DNA of 48,733 nucleotides, taken from Clostridiales bacterium. GTDB lineage: Bacteria; Bacillota; Clostridia; Oscillospirales; QAMX01. The notes beneath the pieces are model-generated. The model had not been told where the DNA came from, did no database searches, and worked only from the letters and a program-made list of their open reading frames with translations. The stretch spans positions 1 through 48,733 of the forward strand of contig JAAZKA010000021.1 in the NCBI GenBank assembly GCA_012800055.1, written 5' to 3'. Made by a program: the position numbers and the translations under genes. Each line of letters starts with the position of its first letter. Position 1 is the first letter of the stretch. Positions 28,167-38,016 of the stretch are shown here, one piece after another.

Positions 28167-29621
28167 ATGTATTATATCGGTATAGACGTCGGTACCTCCA
28201 GCGTCAAGGCTGCCGTCCTCGAGCACGGCAGTGTCCGAACCGTCCGCGCGGTCTACGATTCCCACGGCAATACACCCCTCGGTTGGTGGGACGCACTCTG
28301 CCGCGCCGTCCGTCAGGTTTCCGGCGAGATGGGACCGGACTGCGGAGGATTGGGCCTTACCGCGCAGGTCGGCACCTATCTTCTTGCGAACCCCGGCATC
28401 CCCGTCGAACAGTGGCCCGTCTACGACTGGGGCGGTCCCGGCGGTACCGATGAACGGGAGGAACTCCAGCGGCGCTTCGGTACCGATTTCTTCCTTGCCT
28501 ATACCGGGATGCCTCTCCCGAAGGTTCCCAGCTTCCCCGCGTCACGCCTCCTCTGGTTCCGGCGCAAAAAAGCCTCCGAATGGGAAACCGCCACCCGTAT
28601 CCTCGCTCCCAAGGACTTTCTCTATGAAAGGCTCACCGGTCAGTGCTACACCGACACATTCACCTGGAACGGTCTGTCCAATCCGCGTACCGGCTCCGTT
28701 TCGCAGGCATTCCTCGACGCGCTCGAACTGCCCGCGACCCGCTTCCCCCAGATGTTCTCGTCGCTCACCGCACCCGGCGGACTGACCGTCCATGCAGCCG
28801 AATTACTCGGACTGCGGCCTGCGACGAAGGTCTACCTCGGCTGCAACGACTCTCACGCGTCCTTCGTCGGCATGGGCATCACCGAGATCGGTCAGGCATT
28901 CGACCTCACCGGCACCTCCGAGCATGTCGGACTTATCACTCCCGAACCGTTCGGCGACGGTGAGGTAATCTGTTCGCCTTTTTTCCGCGGCTGCGCTACC
29001 TTTGGCGTCACCGCGTCGTCCGGCATGTCCATCGACTGGGGCTTCCGGATGTGGGGAAGCTTCGCCGACGGCGTCTCGGAGGACGATGTACGCGGACGCT
29101 TCCTTGCTTTTCAGCGCGGAGAAACTCACCCGCCGGTGTTCCTTCCCTACGTCAACGGCGAGCGGACACCGATCTGGGACGGCAACGCGCGGGGTGTTTT
29201 CGCCGGCGTGTCGGAGAACCATACGCGTGCGGATATGCTCTACAGTGTGCTGGAGGGTGTGGTGTTCTCTGTAGCGCACATCTGGGAGGGACTGCCGGAA
29301 GAGCTGACCTCGCGCGCGGAATACATACGGCTGGGCGGAGGCGCTTGCGAGAACACGCTGATGAATGAGATGAAGGCGGCGCTGCTGGGTGTGACATTGG
29401 AGATACCGAAGGAAAAGAACTCGGGCGCGCTGGGTGCGGGAATGATTGCCGCCGTAGGCGCGGGAGAGTACGAGAATCTCGGGATGGCAGCGCGTGCGTA
29501 TGTGCGGCTGAGCCATAGCGTGCGGCCGACGGCCGACGCGCAGGGGCTGAAGCGCAGGTTCCGGCTTTACAAGCGTATGTCGACGCTGAACCGAGATCTG
29601 AGGATTCCGGAAAGCCTGTAG
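28167..29621 (+). CDS. FGGY-family carbohydrate kinase (xylulokinase-like)
   Basis: The N-terminus MYYIGIDVGTSSVKAAVL, and two-domain FGGY motifs (...GCNDSHASFVGMG..., ...RLGGGACEN...). Confidence 0.85.
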   Translation: MYYIGIDVGTSSVKAAVLEHGSVRTVRAVYDSHGNTPLGWWDALCRAVRQVSGEMGPDCGGLGLTAQVGTYLLANPGIPVEQWPVYDWGGPGGTDEREELQRRFGTDFFLAYTGMPLPKVPSFPASRLLWFRRKKASEWETATRILAPKDFLYERLTGQCYTDTFTWNGLSNPRTGSVSQAFLDALELPATRFPQMFSSLTAPGGLTVHAAELLGLRPATKVYLGCNDSHASFVGMGITEIGQAFDLTGTSEHVGLITPEPFGDGEVICSPFFRGCATFGVTASSGMSIDWGFRMWGSFADGVSEDDVRGRFLAFQRGETHPPVFLPYVNGERTPIWDGNARGVFAGVSENHTRADMLYSVLEGVVFSVAHIWEGLPEELTSRAEYIRLGGGACENTLMNEMKAALLGVTLEIPKEKNSGALGAGMIAAVGAGEYENLGMAARAYVRLSHSVRPTADAQGLKRRFRLYKRMSTLNRDLRIPESL

Positions 29622-29793
29622 CGTGTTCCCCGTTCCGAACTCCCGTACATATCCCTCTGCACAACAAAGACACAGCGGAAAAGAAGAACGTGAAGACATA
29701 TCAGAGATATCTCGCAATCACTGAAATGCATTAGCCGCTATTCCCTCTTTTAAAACGAAATATTACATTTTGGAAACATTATTAAATTACCTC

Positions 29794-29822
29794 TTGCAAT
29801 CACGCATCAAATCTGTTATAAT
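29794..29822 (+). promoter_or_regulatory. Near-consensus sigma-70 promoter with no ORF behind it
   Basis: TTGCAA (29794-29799), exact 17-nt spacer, TATAAT (29817-29822), TGt extended -10, and an AT-rich UP-like tract upstream. Confidence 0.6.
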
Positions 29823-29829
29823 AAAAACA

Positions 29830-30140
29830 GTAAGACAGCGGTTGAAGCGATCCCGGGAAACCGGGAAAGCCTCCGGCCGTCTATCTTGAAAGCATTCCTC
29901 CTGCGCGGTGCGTGTAAGAGTTTTGTTATTAACCCACAATTAATAACATAAGGAGATCGGGCTTCCTCTGATGGTTTGCAGGCCTCCCTATCCGTCCGTA
30001 TACCGGATGCAAAGGACGTTGGAAGCAGTAAACAGAGGAGAGATACTCCGCCCTACACAAGTAGGTTATTAATTCAACTCAGATTACGGCTGATGCGGGA
30101 AACCATGGGCGCGGGTGTCAAAACTCGCGCCCGTGTTCTA
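29830..30140 (+). ncRNA. Candidate structured non-coding RNA of unknown class (boundaries approximate)
   Basis: The region lies between the orphan promoter and a 7-bp GC hairpin (30107-30132, GGGCGCG/CGCGCCC). It contains a GAAA-tetraloop hairpin (29851-29866), an 8-bp hairpin (29925-29947) and nested pairings 29964-29970/30033-30039 and 29975-29980/30008-30013. There is no credible ORF. The degV gene has its own separate promoter downstream. Confidence 0.3.
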
Positions 30141-30211
30141 TAACCGGACATACCATAGATTATTGTATTAAAAACATTTCCATAAAACACCGTTCGGGGC
30201 GAGGACATGCC

Positions 30212-30240
30212 TTGACAAAAGTTTTCAAAAGAGGTATACT
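30212..30240 (+). promoter_or_regulatory. Promoter for degV
   Basis: TTGACA (30212-30217), 17-nt spacer, TATACT (30235-30240). Confidence 0.6.
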
Positions 30241-30271
30241 GACTGCGTAATCTCGTATGGAGGAAAGCGCA

Positions 30272-31123
30272 ATGAAGAAAGTCATCCTGACCACCGAGAG
30301 CGCGTGCGATATGGGCACAGATCAAATTGCCATGACCGGCGCGCGGATCATCCCCTACCACATCGAGCTTGACGGAAAAAGCTTCCTCGACGGCATTGAT
30401 ATCAATGCCGACGATATATTCCAGACCTATTTCAAGAAAAACATCCTTCCGCAGACCGGTGCGGTCAACGTTCAGGAGTTCACCGAGCTCTTCACTCCCT
30501 TTGTCGATGCCGGCTGCGAGGTCGTCCATGTCTCCCTCGGCAGCGGCTTGTCGAGTTCCTATCAGAATGCCGTCATCGCCGCGAAAGCCCTCCCGGGCGT
30601 CTACCCCGTCGACAGCCGCAACCTTTCCACCGGCATCGGCACCCTGTGCGTCTATGCCAAAAAACTCATCGACCAGGGTATGTCCGGCGCTCAGGTGCAG
30701 GCTGCGCTCGAGGAACTGCGTATGCGCGTTCACGGCTCCTTCGTGCTCGACACCCTCAGATTCCTCGCCGCCGGAGGCCGCTGCTCCGCCCTTGCAGCGT
30801 TCGGCGCAAACCTGCTGCAGCTCCGCCCCTGCATCGAGGTCGATACCGAGACTTCCACCCTCAAGGTAGGAAAGAAGTACCGCGGGACCATGCCCTGCGT
30901 CATCCCCAAATACTTCACCGACTTTGTAGGCCGTTATTCGGATGTCGAGACCGACTTCATCTTCCTCACCCACTCCGGATCCTCGGAGAAGGAAGTCAAC
31001 CTCGCCCGCGACGCCATCCTCCGCGCCCATCCATACAAAGAGGTCTACGTCACCCGTGCCGGCTGCACCATCTCCACCCACTGCGGCCCCGGATGCATCG
31101 GCTGCTTCGTCGTCAGTAAGTAA
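30272..31123 (+). CDS. DegV-family fatty-acid-binding protein
   Basis: MKKVILTTESACDM...IPYHIELDGKSFLDGIDI... matches the DegV fold pattern. The ATG at 30272 lies 8 nt after GGAGGA. Confidence 0.85.
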   Translation: MKKVILTTESACDMGTDQIAMTGARIIPYHIELDGKSFLDGIDINADDIFQTYFKKNILPQTGAVNVQEFTELFTPFVDAGCEVVHVSLGSGLSSSYQNAVIAAKALPGVYPVDSRNLSTGIGTLCVYAKKLIDQGMSGAQVQAALEELRMRVHGSFVLDTLRFLAAGGRCSALAAFGANLLQLRPCIEVDTETSTLKVGKKYRGTMPCVIPKYFTDFVGRYSDVETDFIFLTHSGSSEKEVNLARDAILRAHPYKEVYVTRAGCTISTHCGPGCIGCFVVSK

Positions 31124-31283
31124 GCGCGTATAGGCGGCGGTGTTGCGGATTCTGTCCGATCAGTGTTGACATTTACACAATGGTCTTCAAGCTGCAAGCC
31201 CCTCTGTATTTCACGGAGGGGCTTGTTTTACATATGAGGCTGTGATATACTGGGCACATCCAAACAATCAGGAGGGTTCTATC

Positions 31284-33050
31284 ATGACTTATCCGATCGT
31301 GACCAACGGGATCTGTAGATACAGCGTCGTATGCGCAAAAACCGCCGACGAGACGGTGCGCTATGCCTGCAATGAGCTGCGCCGCTTCCTGTTCGAATGT
31401 ACGGGCGCGGCGGTACCGGTGCTGTCGGACATCTGTCCGTATACGCGTCCGGAGCTGCGTATCGGGCCGGATGTCCGCGACGACCCGTTCTACCGGACTT
31501 TGGACATCGCCGCACTTGGGGATGAAGGCTTCACCATCCGTACCCATGGATCAGACATCTATATCACGGGCGGCGGCTCGCGCGGGACGCTCTACGGCGT
31601 CTATGCGTTTCTCGAGCGGTTCCTTGGATGCCGGTGGTTCACTCCTACGGTCTCCCGCATCCCGAAGCGCCGGGAGCTGATTCTCGAAGATGTCGACATC
31701 ACCGAACGTCCGGCATTCGAGTCGCGCGACGCGTACTGGGGCAGCGCGTTCGACGGAACCTTCTGCGCGCGCAACCGGCTGACATCGTCCAAAGCGCTCA
31801 TCGCAAACGAGCAGGGCGGTAAGCTGCGCTGGTTCAACTTCCACCACGCGATGTATGACCTCGTCCCGCCGAGCAAGTACGCGCAGGAGCATCCCGAGTA
31901 TTACGCACTGGTGGACGGGAAACGTCTCACCGAACATGCGCAGCTTTGCCTCTCGAACCCCGACGTCGTGCGCATCGCAGCCGAAACGCTCAAGGGATGG
32001 ATCCGTGCAAACCCCGACTGCACAGTTTTCTCCGTCGCGCAGAACGACGGCTCCGGCTACTGTACCTGCAACGCCTGCCGGGCACTCGATGAGGCCGAGG
32101 GGACGCCGTGCGCGAGTCTGCTCAACTTCGCCAATCAGCTCGCCGACGCTGTCCGCGGCGAGTTCCCGCACGTGCTGCTGCACACCTTCGCGTACTATTA
32201 CAGCGTCGTGCCGCCGAAGACGCTGCGGCCAAGGGAGAACGTGATCGTCCGGCTGTGCAACATCTCCTGCGACTTCGGACGGCCGTTCACCGAAGGCGCG
32301 CGGCTCGATCCGAAACCCTACACGCGTGAATTCATCGAAAGCCTCGAGAAGTGGGGACAGATCGCGCCTCGGCTCTACATCTGGGACTACTGCACCGACT
32401 TCCGCTGCTACCTGCAGCCGTTCCCGAACCTGGATGCGCTGGGTGAGAATATCAGGCTCTACCGCGACATGGGTGTGCGCGGGGTATTCATGGAGGGTGA
32501 CTTTTCCCACGGCTGTGCGGCGTATATGAACGAGCTGCAGGTGTATTTACAGGCGCGGCTGATGTGGAACCCCGATCTCGATATCAAGGAGGAGACAGAC
32601 GTTTTCCTCTCGGGTTACTACGGAAACGCCGCGCCGTATATCAGACGCTTTCTCGACCTGACGCAGGCGGTGGTACGGGATGCCTATCGCGACCCCGCGT
32701 TCCGCATGACGATCTACGAGTGGCCGGACAGCGCGTTCATCACCGACGCGTATGTGGATGAGGCGGAGCGGCTGATGAACATGGCAACTGCCGCGGCGGA
32801 GGATGATGCGGTGCGGTACCGCGTGGAGCGGACGCGGCTGAGCGTGGAGTTCTTGAAGCTGACGCGGATGCCGACGGACACCCCCATGCGCAGCGCCCTG
32901 ATCGACGCGTTCGGGCAGAGGCTGAGAAAGTACGGCGTGTCGGAGATCACCGAGCGCGGATGGCTCGACCCGAGTATCGAAGGGCTGAAGAAGTCCCGAT
33001 ATGCGCGGGATATCCGGGACAATTATCTGTGGATGTATTACAGAATGTAA
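31284..33050 (+). CDS. DUF4838-domain protein (glycoside-hydrolase-like), leaderless
   Basis: The segments ...FHHAMYDLVPPSKYAQEHPEYYALVDGKR...QLCLSNPDV...SVAQNDGSGYCTCNACRALDE... match the DUF4838 pattern as I recall it. The ATG at 31284 follows CAGGAGG. Confidence 0.65.
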   Translation: MTYPIVTNGICRYSVVCAKTADETVRYACNELRRFLFECTGAAVPVLSDICPYTRPELRIGPDVRDDPFYRTLDIAALGDEGFTIRTHGSDIYITGGGSRGTLYGVYAFLERFLGCRWFTPTVSRIPKRRELILEDVDITERPAFESRDAYWGSAFDGTFCARNRLTSSKALIANEQGGKLRWFNFHHAMYDLVPPSKYAQEHPEYYALVDGKRLTEHAQLCLSNPDVVRIAAETLKGWIRANPDCTVFSVAQNDGSGYCTCNACRALDEAEGTPCASLLNFANQLADAVRGEFPHVLLHTFAYYYSVVPPKTLRPRENVIVRLCNISCDFGRPFTEGARLDPKPYTREFIESLEKWGQIAPRLYIWDYCTDFRCYLQPFPNLDALGENIRLYRDMGVRGVFMEGDFSHGCAAYMNELQVYLQARLMWNPDLDIKEETDVFLSGYYGNAAPYIRRFLDLTQAVVRDAYRDPAFRMTIYEWPDSAFITDAYVDEAERLMNMATAAAEDDAVRYRVERTRLSVEFLKLTRMPTDTPMRSALIDAFGQRLRKYGVSEITERGWLDPSIEGLKKSRYARDIRDNYLWMYYRM

Positions 33051-33053
33051 CAA

Positions 33054-33085
33054 AAAACGGCGGTTCCATAAGGAACCGCCGTTTT
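33054..33085. terminator. Bidirectional rho-independent terminator between convergent genes
   Basis: Perfect 14-bp stem AAAACGGCGGTTCC-ATAA-GGAACCGCCGTTTT flanked by A-runs and T-runs. Confidence 0.75.
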
Positions 33086-33095
33086 CGTTATCCGT

Positions 33096-35651
33096 TCAGT
33101 TCGCGCATTCCCGCAGACGTCGTTTGCGGGAACGCGCGCGGGAGACTGCCGCGCAGAGGAGCACGGTCACAAGGCATACGCCGCTGATGCCCGCGCCGAT
33201 GAGGAAGCCTTTGGGAATGTAGCGCATCGTGACGGTATGCATTCCCGCCGATACGCGGATTGCGCACATCGCGCCGCCGACCGTCTCGGGCGTGACCGGT
33301 ACGCCGTCGAGCGCGATCTGCCAGCCGGTGTCGTAAGGGATGGAGAGGTACAAAAGTCCGTCCACGGCAGTGTCGACGGTACCGGTCAGCGAGGAGCCGG
33401 TGCGGGAGGTGACGGTGAATGGCGAGCGCGCGAGTATCGCAAGCCCGTGCTCGAGCACATCGCGGTTGAGCATACAGACGCGTACCGTCGCGTATCCGGC
33501 CAGCCCCGGGTTGATGTTGCTGTAGAGCGAGACAAGATCGCCTGCCGAGAACGTCCCCATCGGGTAGATGTACGGCCGCGTCTGCTCGTAGTACCAGCTC
33601 TCGGTACCGTCGAGGACGTGGATGTACCGGATGTGGTCGATGTCGGTGTAGGCGTAGAGGGTGGCGTCCTGCGGGAGCCGGTAGTTCCACTTGAGTGAGC
33701 AGCTCTCAACGCCGGCGACCGGCTGGAAGGAGTAGCTGCCGTAGTCGAGACGGCAGACGGTATAGCCCTCATGCTTGACGTGGATGATGTCGAGCGGGGT
33801 AAAGAGGTCCTCGTCCAGCCCGGTCATCAGGCGGAAGAGGCGGTTCTGATTCTCGAAGGGTGTCTCGCCGTCGGGTACATATGCAAGCGCGGTGTCGGCT
33901 GTGACGAAGCCGAGCGACGTTCCGACGGTCTGATAGAGCACGACATTTCCGGCAAACCCGGAGCTTTCCCGGGTGAGCGCGTCGCGGACGATTCCGTCGC
34001 GGGAGATGAGCCGGCGGATGCCGAGGACGGCGTCGGTGAAGGGCGAGGATTCCTGGTAGCCGTAGCGGTTGCCGGCGTCCCAGGCAGGCAGACCCAGACC
34101 CTCGAGGAAGCGTGTGACGCAGACATCGGCGGAGGATGAGAACAGGTCGATACCCGTGCAGCCGTAGAGCGTGGGGTCGTTGTAGGTAAAGCGGCCGGTA
34201 AACGCGGTGCGGGTATCGGAGTCCGCCTCGTCGGCACGATTGAGCAGCGCCCGAACGTTGTTATAATTGTCGGGGTAGGCGGCGCGGTCGGTGGTACGGA
34301 CGGTCTTGACACCGATCCAGGCGTTGACACCCAGCTCAGCGGTGATGAGGACGACAAGAAGGATGGGGACCAGGGACTTTGTACGGGTACGCGGCAGTGC
34401 GCAGATACCGGTGAAGGCGACGGTGAGCGCGGCGTTTGCAAGCAGGATGGGGAGGGAACGCCGGGCGAGGTAACCGAGTGCGCAGAGTGCCGCGCCGGTC
34501 AGCAGCATCCCCGGGAGCGCCCGGCGGTCAAGGCTGTCGGGCGTGTTCATCGCGCGGTAGGCGATGAGAATCAGCGTGAAGGGGACGAGGTAGGCAAAGC
34601 GGTAGGGGATCATGTTGGTGATGTGGAACGCGTGCCAGACGAAGTTGAGGATGTTGAGATTGAGCGAGAGGATCAGCAGCAGCAGCATCCCGCCGGCGCA
34701 GAGTTTCTCCCGCAGCGTCACATCCTTGCGGAACATATACGGAATCAGCAGCAGCGTACACAGCAGCGATGAAGCAATATTGGGCAATCCGACCTTATCG
34801 GTGGGCGGTGAGAAGGACAGGAGGTTTGCGAGGAGATTGGGGAAGGATTCATAGAGTCCGGGCGGCGACGGGAAAGCGTGGAAGGAACTGTAGGCATTGC
34901 GCAGCGCGAAGAAGGCCGGGAGTGTGAGCACGGCGGTCATACCGAGCGCGAGAACAGAGCTGCCCGCGAAGAGAAGAAAACGCCGCAGCAGGAATTTCCC
35001 GGTATGCTTTTGGATGATGCACAGACAGACGAACGCGAGCAATGTGAACAGGCAGACGCCGTAGCCGATGTAGTAGTTGGTAAAGACGCAGAGGCCGAGG
35101 GCAAAGGTATAGAGCGTCCATTTTCCGCTGCGCGTGAGCCGGAGGAGTCCGAGCATGACGAGCGGCATGAGGGCGAAGGCGTCCAGCCAGATGATGTTCC
35201 AATAGTAGCCGAGGATGAAGGCGCACAGAGCGAACATCGCACCGAAGACGGCGGGGAGACGGTCGTCACGCGGCTCAATTTCCTGCAGGAGCGCGGTTAT
35301 TGTGACGCCGGCGAGCCCGACACGTACAAGCAGCAGCAGTGTGACACCTTCACGCAGCATGGTTTCCGGCAGCAGCGCGAGCAGGAGATTGAGCGGGCTT
35401 GCAAGATAGTAGGCGGCGAGGGCGATGTAGTTGATGCCCATGCCGATATCCCACGAGTAGAGCAGTGACTCTCCGGCGCGCAGCTTGCGGCAGAGGGATG
35501 CGAGAAAGGGGTAATACTGCTGCCAGAGGTCGGTGACGAGAATCTGGCGATCGCCGAAGGGATAGACGCCGTGGAGGGCAAACGCGATGCCGAGCAGCAG
35601 CGCGGGGATGAAAAACGCGAGGGTATACAGACCGCGGGGGGATTTACGCAT
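33096..35651 (-). CDS. YfhO-family polytopic membrane protein (GT-C-type glycosyltransferase family)
   Basis: 851 aa. The N-terminus MRKSPRGLYTLAFFIPALLLGIAFALHGVYPFGDRQILVTDLWQQYYPF is typical of YfhO. There are more than 10 transmembrane helices, then a C-terminal extracytoplasmic domain and a final transmembrane helix. The ATG at 35651 follows AAGGAGG. The ORF track's extension to 35921 was rejected. Confidence 0.8.
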   Translation of the reverse strand: MRKSPRGLYTLAFFIPALLLGIAFALHGVYPFGDRQILVTDLWQQYYPFLASLCRKLRAGESLLYSWDIGMGINYIALAAYYLASPLNLLLALLPETMLREGVTLLLLVRVGLAGVTITALLQEIEPRDDRLPAVFGAMFALCAFILGYYWNIIWLDAFALMPLVMLGLLRLTRSGKWTLYTFALGLCVFTNYYIGYGVCLFTLLAFVCLCIIQKHTGKFLLRRFLLFAGSSVLALGMTAVLTLPAFFALRNAYSSFHAFPSPPGLYESFPNLLANLLSFSPPTDKVGLPNIASSLLCTLLLIPYMFRKDVTLREKLCAGGMLLLLILSLNLNILNFVWHAFHITNMIPYRFAYLVPFTLILIAYRAMNTPDSLDRRALPGMLLTGAALCALGYLARRSLPILLANAALTVAFTGICALPRTRTKSLVPILLVVLITAELGVNAWIGVKTVRTTDRAAYPDNYNNVRALLNRADEADSDTRTAFTGRFTYNDPTLYGCTGIDLFSSSADVCVTRFLEGLGLPAWDAGNRYGYQESSPFTDAVLGIRRLISRDGIVRDALTRESSGFAGNVVLYQTVGTSLGFVTADTALAYVPDGETPFENQNRLFRLMTGLDEDLFTPLDIIHVKHEGYTVCRLDYGSYSFQPVAGVESCSLKWNYRLPQDATLYAYTDIDHIRYIHVLDGTESWYYEQTRPYIYPMGTFSAGDLVSLYSNINPGLAGYATVRVCMLNRDVLEHGLAILARSPFTVTSRTGSSLTGTVDTAVDGLLYLSIPYDTGWQIALDGVPVTPETVGGAMCAIRVSAGMHTVTMRYIPKGFLIGAGISGVCLVTVLLCAAVSRARSRKRRLRECAN

Positions 35652-35664
35652 GACACCCTCCTTA

Positions 35665-36438
35665 TCAGGCATTCGGATGCGTGGGCGGGGTGAAGGTCCA
35701 ACCGAACTCACCGTGGTAGATGAGCCGCGCGGACATGCCGCCGTCGATGTTGAGGTTTTGGCCGGTGATGAAGCGGGCGTCGCGGGAGCACAGGAAGCAT
35801 ACGGCGGCGGCGATGTCGTCGGCGTTGCCGATGAAACCGACGGGCTGCTGCCGCTCATCGGGTTCGGAATAGAGACCGGTGTTCCATCCTTTGATCCAGC
35901 CCGGGGAGATGCAGTTGACACGTACCTTGGGGGCGAGACTCATGGCGAGGGCGCGGGTGAGGGAGAGGATGGCACCCTTTGCGGCGGAATAGGCTTCGGT
36001 GTTGGGTTGGGAAGCGTGTGCGCGGATCGAGGAGATATTGACGATGGCGGCGTCCGGACGGAAGAAGTCACGGAAGCGCAGGGCGAGGTAGAAGGGTGCG
36101 GCAGAGCAGACGCGCTGGATATAAAGGAAGTCGTCGTAGGTGCAGTCGGAGAGGATTCCGAAGTGACCGATGCCGGCGTTGTTGATGAGGAAGTCGACAC
36201 CGCCCCAGCGTGCGAGAGTCTCATCGGCGAGGCGGTCGAGTACAGCGCGGTCGCCGACATCTCCGGGGACGAACAGTACGCGGTCGGGGCAGAGATCGGC
36301 GAAGGCATGGCCGGCTTCCTCGTTGATATCATTGACGGCGACATACGCGCCCTCACGGAGGAACCAATCGGCGCACGCGCGTCCGATGCGCCGGGCACCT
36401 CCGGTGATGACAGCGACCTTATCGGTGTAGCGATTCAT
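35665..36438 (-). CDS. SDR-family oxidoreductase
   Basis: Cofactor motif ITGGARRIG, NNAG, and the catalytic S...YSAAK. Confidence 0.9.
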   Translation of the reverse strand: MNRYTDKVAVITGGARRIGRACADWFLREGAYVAVNDINEEAGHAFADLCPDRVLFVPGDVGDRAVLDRLADETLARWGGVDFLINNAGIGHFGILSDCTYDDFLYIQRVCSAAPFYLALRFRDFFRPDAAIVNISSIRAHASQPNTEAYSAAKGAILSLTRALAMSLAPKVRVNCISPGWIKGWNTGLYSEPDERQQPVGFIGNADDIAAAVCFLCSRDARFITGQNLNIDGGMSARLIYHGEFGWTFTPPTHPNA

Positions 36439-36565
36439 AAAAACCCTCCTTCAAGTAATCAGGATGCAGGAGACGGGGGATGCCGAGTGCAGCGGCGTCC
36501 CAACCGACGCGCGCGTGCCTGAATGATGGTGCCGGAGAACGGAAATCCATGGAAGCGTAAAGCAA

Positions 36566-37933
36566 TTACACTTCCACCTTTTTGATCCACCGAAAGCGGT
36601 TGACTTTGACAACCGCGACGAAGCACTTGAGTATCTGGTCACTCTTAAGGCAGGCAAATACGACCAGCGGCCCAAGCTTCCAGACGAATGCCGAGAGCGC
36701 GGAGATCGGAAGGACAATGAGCCACATAAAGATCAGATCGTTATAGAGAACGAAGTCGGTCTGACCGCCGCCGCGCACGATTCCGCAGAGGCTGGGCATC
36801 TGGTAGGATGTCCCGATAGAGGTAATCGACAGCACAAGCATAAACCGACGGGCAAGGGCGAGCGTTTCCGGAGTGAGAGAGTAGAAGCTGAGCATCACGT
36901 CACGCAGAAGAAAGATTGTCATGCCGGTACACAAACCGATGCCGAGGTAGAGAAGCTGAACGGTCTGAGCGTAGGACTTGACATCGGCGATACGGCCTTC
37001 CCCGATGGTTTTGCCGATGAGGACGGAGGTACCGTTGGCGGAACCGTAGGCAACGACGGAGACCATGGAAAAAAGCGTACCGGAGACGGAGCTTGCGGCA
37101 ATGGCAGCCTGCCCCATATGACCGAGGATGCTCGACTGTATCCCCATCGCGATGCCCCAGGTGGAGCCGGATGCCATCATCGGCCATCCGACCTTGAAGA
37201 ATGACTTCACCGACGCAAGCGGCGTCTTCCTGAGAAAGTCTCGCAGACGGAGGTTCAGGCGGCGGTCGAAGAAACGGCAGTAGACGGTGACAACCAGCAG
37301 CTCGACGATACGCGCGGTGACGGTGGCGATGGCAGCGCCCTCGACGCCCAGCCGCGGAAAACCGAGACGGCCGTAGATCAGGCACCAGTTGAGCACGACA
37401 TTGACGGCGAGGGCGGTCAGGCTGACCCATAGTCCGATGCGTACGGTCTCGACGGAGCGCAGGGACGCCAGCAGGACCGCAGATGCGGCGTAGAAAAAGT
37501 AAGAGAAACAGACGATGCGCAGGTAGAGCATTCCCTCGGAGATGACAGCGGGATCGTCAGTCAGCAGCGTGAGGGTGAAGTGCGGAAAGAAGAACGCGGC
37601 GGCAAAGAGGAGCGTCGCGACGGAGAGGGAGAAGCGCATCCCGACGTTCGCAATCCCGGCGACGGGAGATAAATCGCGGCGTCCCCAGGCACGGGAGGCG
37701 AGGATGACGACGGCCTCGCACGCACCGCCGACAATCATCTGCAGCAGGAACTGTATCTGGTTGACAAGCGCGACACCGGCGAGCGCGGTTTCACTGTAGG
37801 CGCCGATCATTACGTTGTCGGCGAGGTTGACCGAGAAGGTGATGAGATTCTGCAGGGCGATGGTGAGCGTGAGAGTGAAGAAGCGTTTGTAGAAGTCGCG
37901 GTCACGGGTGATCATAGCTCGGCCTGCTTTCAT
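36566..37933 (-). CDS. MATE-family efflux transporter
   Basis: 455 aa with twelve transmembrane segments. The N-terminus ...FYKRFFTLTLTIALQNLITFSVNLADNVMIG is typical of MATE transporters. GAGGA ribosome-binding site. Confidence 0.9.
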   Translation of the reverse strand: MKAGRAMITRDRDFYKRFFTLTLTIALQNLITFSVNLADNVMIGAYSETALAGVALVNQIQFLLQMIVGGACEAVVILASRAWGRRDLSPVAGIANVGMRFSLSVATLLFAAAFFFPHFTLTLLTDDPAVISEGMLYLRIVCFSYFFYAASAVLLASLRSVETVRIGLWVSLTALAVNVVLNWCLIYGRLGFPRLGVEGAAIATVTARIVELLVVTVYCRFFDRRLNLRLRDFLRKTPLASVKSFFKVGWPMMASGSTWGIAMGIQSSILGHMGQAAIAASSVSGTLFSMVSVVAYGSANGTSVLIGKTIGEGRIADVKSYAQTVQLLYLGIGLCTGMTIFLLRDVMLSFYSLTPETLALARRFMLVLSITSIGTSYQMPSLCGIVRGGGQTDFVLYNDLIFMWLIVLPISALSAFVWKLGPLVVFACLKSDQILKCFVAVVKVNRFRWIKKVEV

Positions 37934-38016
37934 AAGACAGTATCCTCATTATACCACGATCTTTTGAAAAATGAAACGGTTTTTTTACTAAGCGGCGTTT
38001 AATTACATGTCAACCC

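Noticed and set aside
29971-30072. A 33-codon ORF (MVCRPPYPSVYRMQRTLEAVNRGEILRPTQVGY) inside the candidate ncRNA region.
   Set aside because: The AAGGAG lies 15 nt from the ATG, which is poor spacing. The peptide has no hydrophobic or toxin-like character. The segment is more consistent with RNA structure, though ribosome profiling could overturn this.
35652-35921. A 90-codon N-terminal extension of the YfhO ORF as listed in the track (33096-35921).
   Set aside because: The extension is S/P/T/A-rich, has no transmembrane character and overlaps the 3' end of the SDR gene in another frame. The ATG at 35651 has a perfect AAGGAGG ribosome-binding site and begins the canonical YfhO N-terminus.
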